NCBI GenBank assembly: GCA_052055015.1
Contig: JBQJIT010000059.1
Strand: one strand, 5' to 3'
From: Malassezia furfur
Taxonomy: Eukaryota
DNA: 38,649 bases
A program made the position numbers and the translations under genes. Shown one piece after another: positions 31,810-38,649 of the stretch. How positions within the stretch are numbered: position 1 is the stretch's first letter; every line of letters starts with the position of its first letter. Below the pieces are notes generated by a model. The model searched no databases. It saw nothing but the letters and a program-made list of their open reading frames with translations, and had not been told where the DNA came from.

Positions 31810-34461
31810 ATGGAAGGCAACGTGGGGCCCGAAGCCGCGCGTACGCTAACCGATGCAGAAGAAAAGCGGCGCGCGCGGAAGCAGCGTCTAGAGGAATGGA
31901 GAAAGCAGCAGGAGGCAAAGAAGCGCGCGGCAGAGGCAGAGGGCGGCGCGCCTCCGAAAAAGGCCCGCACGCCGGCACCCGAGGCGCCCAAGCTGGGCCT
32001 CCGCACGCCTGCCGCGCGCACCGCGCCCAAGCTGCCCGCACGCATATTTTCCAGCTGGGAGGAGGACGAGGAGGAAGCCAAGCCCAAGTCGCGTCTGCCC
32101 ATGGGCTTCCCTGTGGCCTCGACGAGTCGTGACGCGGCGTCCCACGATGCTGAGGCCGACGACGTCGACCCGCTCGATGCGTACATGTCGTCGGTCCAGA
32201 CCGAGGTGCACCGCGTCGAACAGGACGAGCCGTCGAAAGAGGTGCGTGAGCTGGTCTCGGATGACGAGGAGGAGGGGCCGATTGCCCACGATCGTCGTGA
32301 CAACGACGATGACAAGGAAGAGTTTAACGCCGACGCGCTCCTCGCCGTCGCCAACAAGCGTCCGAAGCAGCACTTTATCCCGCGCGTGGACCACTCCAAA
32401 ATGAACTACGAGCCGTTCCGCAAGTCGTTCTACCACGAGCCGGAGGAGGTCGCGAAAATGTCGGACGAGGAAGCGAATCAGGTACGCTACGAAATGGACG
32501 CCATCTCGGTGCGCGGGGTCGACTGCCCCAAGCCGATCACCAAGTGGTCGCACTGTGGACTGCCGGTGAGTTGTGCAGACGTGATCAAAGAGCTCGGATT
32601 TGCGTCGCCCACCCCCATCCAGAGCCAGGCGATTCCGGCGATCATGAGCGGGCACGACATGGTCGGCATTGCCAAGACGGGTTCTGGTAAGACGATCGCT
32701 TTCCTGCTGCCCATGTTCCGGCACGTCAAGGACCAGCGCTCGCTGCGCCCTGGCGAGGGTCCCATTGCGCTGATCCTGACGCCGACGCGCGAGTTGGCGC
32801 TGCAAATCTACCGCGATGCGAAGCCCTTCCTGCAGGCGATTGGGCTGCGAGGCACGTGTGTGTACGGTGGCCCGCCAATCTCGGAGCACATTGCCGAGAT
32901 GAAGCGCTCGCCCGAGGTGGTGATTGCGACGCCGGGGCGCATGATCGACCTGCTCAGCGCCAACAGCGGGCGGGTGACCAATGTGAGCCGCGTCACCTAT
33001 CTCGTGCTCGACGAAGCCGACCGCATGCTGGATCTTGGCTTTGAGCCGCAGGTGATGAAGATCATTGAAAACGTGCGCCCCGATCGCCAGGCGGTGCTCT
33101 TTTCGGCGACGTTCCCCAAGCAGATCGAGGGGTTGGCACGCAAGATGCTCCAGCACGCCCCGCTCGAGATTACGATCGGCGGTAAGAGCGTCGTGGCGCC
33201 CGAGATCACGCAGGTGGTCGAGGTGCGCCCGCAGGATACCAAGTTCCGACGGCTGCTCGAGGTCTTGGGCCAGATGTACAATGCCGACGAAGATGCACGC
33301 ACGCTCATTTTTGTCGAGCGGCAGGACGCAGCAGACGAGCTGATGCGCGATTTGTTGCGCCGTGGATACCCCACCATGTCGCTGCACGGCGGCAAGGATC
33401 AAGTTGATCGCGACACGATCATCTCCGACTTCAAGGCCGGGATTGTGCCGATCCTCACCGCGACGTCGGTCGCGGCGCGTGGCCTGGACGTGAAGCAGCT
33501 CAAGCTCGTGGTAAACTATGACGTGCCGAGCCACCTGGAAGACTATGTGCACCGCGCAGGGCGCACGGGGCGCGCAGGCAACCGCGGGACGTGCATCACC
33601 TTCATTACGCCCGAGCAGGACCGCTACGCCAAGGACATTCGCACCGCGCTCAAAAACAGCCACGTGGACATCCCCCCCGAGCTCGAGGAGCTCGTGATCC
33701 AGCACAAGGCAAACGTCGCGCGCGGCATGTCGCAGCGCAGCCGCTCGGGCTTCGGTGGGCGCGGGCTGTCGCGCCTCGACACGGAGCGCAAAGAGGTACT
33801 GCGCATCCAGGCGTCTGCCTACAACGAGCGCACGCAGAGCATGTCGGAGCTGGCCGCGCGCTCGAGCCAGGCGGGCGGCGGTGCGATGGACCTGGACGTG
33901 GAGGTGCGCTCCGGCGCGGTGCCCGAGGCCGTGCGCGAGAACAAGGTACCGCTCTCGTACGACTTCAGCGACGAGAACCAGGCGAACATGGCGCGCATTG
34001 CCGCTGCGCGCGCAGGCGGCGCCAATACAGCGCAGCTGCGCGAAATGATCTCGCGCATCAACGCAGAGGCCAACGCGCGGCGCGAGGGGCAGCAGGCCGC
34101 GCTGAACGACGCGATGGAGCGTGCGCGCCGCGCGCGCGACCCCGATGCGACGCACTTCCACGCAGTGGTGCCGATCAACGACTTCCCCCAGCGCGCGCGC
34201 TGGAACGTCACCAACAAGGAGACCATGGCGATGCTCATCCAGTCCACGGGCGCATCAATTACGAGCAAAGGCGCATTCTACGACCGCGGCAAGGAGCCAA
34301 AGCCGGGCGATCCGCCCAAGCTCTCGCTGCTCATCGAGTCCAACGAGCAGTACCGCATCGAGGATGCCGTGCGCGAGATCAAGCGCCTACTCATCGAGGG
34401 CGCGCAGCAGTCCATGGAGATCGGCGGTGCGCCGACCGGTGGGAGGTATACAGTCGTGTAG
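31810..34461 (+). CDS. PRP5: Pre-mRNA-processing DEAD-box RNA helicase Prp5/DDX46
   Basis: DPLDAYM motif, AKTGSGKT, PTRELA, DEAD, FSATFP, HRAGRTGRAG and C-terminal INDFPQRARW.VT.KE. Confidence 0.96.
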   Translation: MEGNVGPEAARTLTDAEEKRRARKQRLEEWRKQQEAKKRAAEAEGGAPPKKARTPAPEAPKLGLRTPAARTAPKLPARIFSSWEEDEEEAKPKSRLPMGFPVASTSRDAASHDAEADDVDPLDAYMSSVQTEVHRVEQDEPSKEVRELVSDDEEEGPIAHDRRDNDDDKEEFNADALLAVANKRPKQHFIPRVDHSKMNYEPFRKSFYHEPEEVAKMSDEEANQVRYEMDAISVRGVDCPKPITKWSHCGLPVSCADVIKELGFASPTPIQSQAIPAIMSGHDMVGIAKTGSGKTIAFLLPMFRHVKDQRSLRPGEGPIALILTPTRELALQIYRDAKPFLQAIGLRGTCVYGGPPISEHIAEMKRSPEVVIATPGRMIDLLSANSGRVTNVSRVTYLVLDEADRMLDLGFEPQVMKIIENVRPDRQAVLFSATFPKQIEGLARKMLQHAPLEITIGGKSVVAPEITQVVEVRPQDTKFRRLLEVLGQMYNADEDARTLIFVERQDAADELMRDLLRRGYPTMSLHGGKDQVDRDTIISDFKAGIVPILTATSVAARGLDVKQLKLVVNYDVPSHLEDYVHRAGRTGRAGNRGTCITFITPEQDRYAKDIRTALKNSHVDIPPELEELVIQHKANVARGMSQRSRSGFGGRGLSRLDTERKEVLRIQASAYNERTQSMSELAARSSQAGGGAMDLDVEVRSGAVPEAVRENKVPLSYDFSDENQANMARIAAARAGGANTAQLREMISRINAEANARREGQQAALNDAMERARRARDPDATHFHAVVPINDFPQRARWNVTNKETMAMLIQSTGASITSKGAFYDRGKEPKPGDPPKLSLLIESNEQYRIEDAVREIKRLLIEGAQQSMEIGGAPTGGRYTVV

Positions 34462-34462
34462 A

Positions 34463-35695
34463 TTACGAGCGCAGCAATGCCTTGATGTCCATCGGGATGA
34501 TCTTGGGCGTGAACTTGGGCTCGCGAGGCTGCCGTGGGCGCCGTTTGGGCTCGCGCGGCGTGCGGGGCGTGCGGGGCGTGCGGGGCGTGCGGGGCGTGCG
34601 CGTACTTGCGGCACGCGTGCCGTATCGTGACGTGTGCCCAGCAATCTGCCGAAGCTCGTCGACGACACGCAGCACGTCGCGGTCCGCATCCGAGAGTTGC
34701 TCGTACACATTTGAGCCGCCGTCTGTACGCCGCATCACCTCGCCGCGCGCCTCGTTACGGATTCGGTCAATGTGCTCGCGCAGTGGTGCATCGTCGCGCC
34801 TCGCACGTGCCGCAAACGACGCATCAACATCGGGCAGGTCGAGCAGCACGCCGGCCTTGCGCGCCTCGCGCACGGTTGCGAGCACCGCGTAGAGGTCGTG
34901 TAGGCACAACCACTGCGTGCGGATCACCTCGGCATACAGCGCTGCCGTGCACCCCAGCACGTATGCCGTCGGCCCCATTGCGCGCGTCGTCGGCACGACG
35001 GCCAGCGCCGCGTGCGGCGTATGCAGCCGGTCACGGAGCGTGAGAAGGAGCATGTGGAGTGCCGGCGCGAAGAAGGGTGTGCGTGGCCCGTACTGTGGTT
35101 CCTGCCCCCGCGTGCCCCACACCTCAAGCTCTGCCCAGGCCCATGCGGCGGTCGCGTCCGGCTGTGCCTGGAGCGCTTCCCAAATGGCATCCACACCACG
35201 CTCCATCACCTCGGGTTCAACCGAGGCTGCGGCGCCTTCCTGCACGATCTGGAAGCGCGTGCCGACACCTCCGCCGCGCGTCGTCATCTTGCGCGGTGCT
35301 AGCGCGTTGCGCGCTGCAAACAGCTCGAGCCCGTCGTCGGCGTATGGCGAGGGCTTTTTCCCCTCCTCCCCCAGTTCGTCCTCAAGGAGCTGGAATATAC
35401 GTCGGAACTGGTGCGACTCGGCCTGTGTCAAAAGCGATGTATCGTATTCTTTGCGCGAGCGTGGTATGCGGCCAAGATCTTGGCGCTCACGCGCATGCAG
35501 CGCGGAGCGGAGCATGGGCGACGCTTCCTGCGGCGTGATGTCGGGTGTCTCGCCGACATCGGGGCTGGCAAACAGCTCATCCCATGGATTGCTCTGCGGC
35601 TTTTCGTGTGCATCGGATGAGTAGAGACGCACAGGAAGCCGCGTGGGCCTCCATCTTGGCGCCGCACGCAGCGGCATGCCGGCGATGCGTAACAT
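34463..35695 (-). CDS. Probable mitochondrial protein, Mtf2-like
   Basis: Arg-rich presequence MLRIAGMPLRAAPRWRPTRLPVRLYSS. The segment AYVLGCTAALYAEVIRTQW...L..V resembles the Mtf2 family as I recall it; family assignment is tentative. Confidence 0.6.
   Translation of the reverse strand: MLRIAGMPLRAAPRWRPTRLPVRLYSSDAHEKPQSNPWDELFASPDVGETPDITPQEASPMLRSALHARERQDLGRIPRSRKEYDTSLLTQAESHQFRRIFQLLEDELGEEGKKPSPYADDGLELFAARNALAPRKMTTRGGGVGTRFQIVQEGAAASVEPEVMERGVDAIWEALQAQPDATAAWAWAELEVWGTRGQEPQYGPRTPFFAPALHMLLLTLRDRLHTPHAALAVVPTTRAMGPTAYVLGCTAALYAEVIRTQWLCLHDLYAVLATVREARKAGVLLDLPDVDASFAARARRDDAPLREHIDRIRNEARGEVMRRTDGGSNVYEQLSDADRDVLRVVDELRQIAGHTSRYGTRAASTRTPRTPRTPRTPRTPREPKRRPRQPREPKFTPKIIPMDIKALLRS
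34557..34600 (-). repeat. 9-nt tandem repeat (about 5 units) encoding (Arg-Thr-Pro)5
   Basis: GGCGTGCGG units on the plus strand, read directly. Confidence 0.9.
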
Positions 35696-35765
35696 CTCTA
35701 GATTTCGTGCGAAGAAAAGGTGTGGAGGTGCCGCACGGTGAGGCATACTGCCTGCAACGTGCACG

Positions 35766-36764
35766 ATGGCGCTCGTGATCGTCACGGGCCTGCCGTGCTC
35801 TGGCCGAACGACGCGGGCGATGGAGATGCAGCGTGCGTTTGAGTCGCGCCTCGCCGAGGCGCCGAACCTCGGGCGGGTCGTGCGCGTGAGTGACGACGAC
35901 GTGCACACCGAGAAGCAGGCGTTTGACTGTACGCACCCCTCACGAGACTTATACAGCGCAACGCACCGAAAAGAGCGCGCGGGCCGCCTATCTTAGTGCA
36001 GTGCGCCGTGCACTGGACCACAAGACGATCGTGCTTGCTGACGGGGGCGCCGGGCTGAACATCAAAGGGTATCGCTATGAGCTGTGGTGTGCCGCACGCG
36101 AGTTGGGCATCCGCTGTGCGACGGTGCGTGAGTGTGGCTAATGCCAGGTGTACACTGCATGCCAGCCAGAGCTTTGCCGTACCTGGAATTCCGAGCGCAT
36201 TGCCGCGCATTCCGCGGATGCGTACACCCCGACAGGGTACGTCGGACGCACTGACGCAGCCTCGATGAGCTGGTCGCGCGCTTCGAGGAGCCGACACCGG
36301 CATCGCGGTGGCACCGCCCGCTGTTTGTCGTGACGGCGACGCAAGGTGCCGCGGGGGTCGACGTGTCGCCGACACCGCTCGATGACCTGTGGCATGCTGT
36401 GACGCAGGCCGAGGTGCAGGCGCCCAAGGCGGTCACGGCGCAGCGACACGCGACGTCGAACAACAGTCTTGAGCTGCTCGATGGCGTGACGCAGCGTGTG
36501 ACCGCCGCGGTGCAGGAGCAGCGCGCGAATGCACCACAAGGCACGGTGCAGCTTGCGGTTGCGGGCCTAGCGCCTGTGCCGCTCACGCTGCCGGCTGGCC
36601 GCGCGTTTCCGACGCCGGCGCGGCTGCAGACGCTGCGCCGGCAGTTTGTGCGGGTGTATGCGAGCAAGTCGGAGTTCCAGGACCTGGGCCTGACGCATGC
36701 GGCGCCGGAGCAGCACGTTGCCCAGTTGTTTGCTGCCTGGTTGCAAGAAACGCTCGCATCGTAG
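35766..36764 (+). CDS. KTI12: Elongator-associated factor Kti12; introns 35929-35956, 36124-36147, 36237-36259
   Basis: MALVIVTGLPCSGRTT, EKSAR, IKGYRYELWC.AR, spliced LDELVARFEEP...RWHRPLF, LQTLRRQF. Confidence 0.9.
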
Positions 36765-36808
36765 AACAACACAACTAGAGATACCACTATGCCTTGCCCG
36801 GATATATA

Positions 36809-37190
36809 CTAAGACGATGGCTTCTGCGAGGAAGCCGCCGCCGCCGCCGCCGCCACGGCACTGAGCGACGCGAGGTTGTCCGGGTTGCCCGACGAATCCA
36901 TCTGCTCATTTCCTTTGCCCTCTTCCCGTGCACCATGGCGCTGCTCGTCGTCTTCGAGACCACTCAGCCGGTTCTGCTCGAGCGACGGGTCGATGATGCC
37001 CTCGGGCCGCTGACCGTGCGTCGGCGCGCCGCGGTGCATCTGGTTGTGTGGCTGCGGCTGCGGTGCGCCGCCCATGTTGTCGCCGAGCGCCGGCTGGAAG
37101 TGGCTCGGCACGGGGAAGCCGTGCTGCTGGTTCGCGTTCGACACGGCCTCAATGAGCCAGTAGGGTGCGTTGCCCGACGCGGCCGCCGCG
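36809..37190 (-). CDS. C-terminal fragment of an unidentified low-complexity protein (possibly a transcription regulator); 5' part missing
   Basis: Protein-like frame ...NAPYWLIEAVSNANQQ...IIDPSLEQ...NLASLSAVAAAAAAASSQKPSS*. Upstream of about 37180 the frame becomes the antisense of the BTB gene. Confidence 0.55.
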
Positions 37191-38594
37191 ACGGGGTGCG
37201 ATGCCGCGCTCGTCGTGGAGCAGGGGTCCGTGTGGGTGCCGGCGCACCGCACGCTCCTCCTCGCGAGCGTGCCGGCGGTGCAGCGCAAGGCCGACGGCGC
37301 CGAGGTGCACGACGTGCACATCGACACTGCCGCGACGCAGGGAGCGCCTGCCGAGGCCGCCAGCGCCCCCGGTGCGGGCCACGCCGCCGCCACTCTGGCC
37401 GCGTCGGCTTCGCTCCGCCTCCACCTGCCACACACGTCGCTCCGCGCGGCGCTGTTCTTGCTCGCCTTCCTGTACACCGGCAGCGTCCCCCCGGTGTGGA
37501 CCGCGCACGTCCTCGCGACCGTCGTGCCCGCCTACGGCGCCCTGGACGCCGACGCGCTCCGCACCGAGCTCCGCACGCTCGCGGCCGCCCTCGGCCTCAC
37601 GGAGCTCGCGAGCGCCCTGGGCACGCACGTGTGGCGCGCGCCGCCGGCGCCGCTTGCGCCGGTCTGCGACGCGCTGTACACGTGCGTCGCGACGCACGAC
37701 GCCGCGTGCAACTGCACGCACGCGCCGCGCGACGTCGTGCTGCACCTCGCGGACCGCGACGTGGCGTGCCATGCGGTCTTTTTGCGGCGCTCGCCGATGC
37801 TCGCCGCGCTGTTCGAGTGGCGGCGCACGCGCGGCGACCGCGGTGTGGTGCACGTCGACATGCGTACGCAGCGGTGGGAGGTGGTGCGCATCGGGCTGCA
37901 CTACCTGTACACCGACGCGCACCTCGGCATCTTCCGCCACACCGACGTGGGGCACACGCTCGACCAGTTCCTCGATCTCGTGCTCGACGTGCTGCAGCTC
38001 GCCGACGAGCTGCTGCTCACGCGTCTGCAGTCGCTGTGCCTCGTGCTGCTGCGCGCGCGCCTCAAGGCGACCAACGTCGCGGCGCTGCTCGCCGACGCAC
38101 GCCGCCTCAATGCGCCGGCGCTCGCCGAAGTGTGCATGGACTACATCACGCGCAACCTCGAGACGCTACTCGAGTCAGGCTTCCTCGACGACCTCCCGCT
38201 CGCCGACATGCACGCGCTCGAGGCGTACGTCCAGCACCGCCAGGACGTCTACGGCCACCGCACCATCGCGAGCGACCGCCTCTTGGCGCTCCTGCTGAAG
38301 CACCAGGCGTATGTGGAGGCGCTCGACCTGCCCAAGCCGTCGCTCGGCCTCGCGTGCCTCAAGGTGCCGCGCCGCGCCAAGACCTCGCCGGCGCTCCTCC
38401 CGGCCGACCGGCGCACACCCGAGCCCGCGCGCGCGCCGCCCACGCCGTCGCACGCACCAACGCCCACGCCAGGCGACGACTCGCTCCTGTTTGCGATGGA
38501 CGACGTCCACGAGCCGCCGGCAGCGTCCTGGCAGACCGTCGGCAAGCCGCGCACGCGCGCCACACAGACGCCGCGCAAGTCGCCGGCGCTCGTG
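37164..38594 (+). CDS. Internal fragment of a tandem-BTB/POZ protein (Btb1/IBtk-like); lacks its 5' end and true 3' end
   Basis: Not in the ORF track because it has no stop before the window end. The frame after TAG 37161-37163 reads DAALVV...VPAHRTLL...LLAFLYTG (BTB1), DVVLHLADRDVACHAVFLRRSP...LHYLYTD...VLQLADELLLTRLQSLC (BTB2), CMDYITRNLETLLE. Confidence 0.82.
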
Positions 38595-38649
38595 CCGCAC
38601 CATCGCGAGCGACCGCCTCTTGGCGCTCCTGCTGAAGCACCAGGCGTAT
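38258..38649 (+). repeat. Exact 55-nt direct repeat: 38258-38312 repeated at 38595-38649 (window end)
   Basis: CCGCACCATCGCGAGCGACC...CACCAGGCGTAT is identical at both positions. Confidence 0.95.

Noticed and set aside
31841..31858. Candidate 18-nt intron GTACGCTAACCGATGCAG near the PRP5 start
   Set aside because: It is in frame and stopless, reads as plausible protein (RTLTDAE), and the branch site would overlap the donor. Unsupported without RNA data.

Overview
This is a gene-dense, high-GC eukaryotic window from a basidiomycete yeast, most consistent with Malassezia (inferred from gene content, compaction and intron style). I can reconstruct about 23 protein-coding genes or fragments: eIF2-alpha (partial), UFD2, ALG1, an Adl1-type DNA ligase I paralog, Ku80, APC4, ETF-alpha, an Hst3/4-type sirtuin, an Rdx/SelW-like protein, an uncharacterised secreted GPI-type protein, ENA1 Na+/K+ ATPase, TAF8, a Ych1/Cdc25-like phosphatase, an IZH/PAQR protein, PP2C, eIF3i, PCH2, TRF4, PRP5, an Mtf2-like protein, KTI12, and two 5'-truncated genes at the right end. 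No rRNA, tRNA, CRISPR or transposon was recognised. Main observations: (1) 28 hand-reconstructed spliceosomal introns of only 21-38 nt (median 24, mode 23); (2) extreme compaction, including a 2-nt gap between KU80 and APC4 and a 35-nt head-to-head gap between the DNA ligase and KU80; (3) four perfect TGCCAAG Rim101/PacC-type sites in the promoter shared by ENA1 and the unknown GPI-type surface protein; (4) a recurrent GTCACGTG promoter element; (5) a 16-nt duplication that frameshifts APC4; (6) a chimeric junction and a 55-nt terminal repeat at the right end, probably assembly or amplification artefacts. I found no unambiguous new biological system; the leads are hypotheses. All gene names come from recognised motifs, not database searches.
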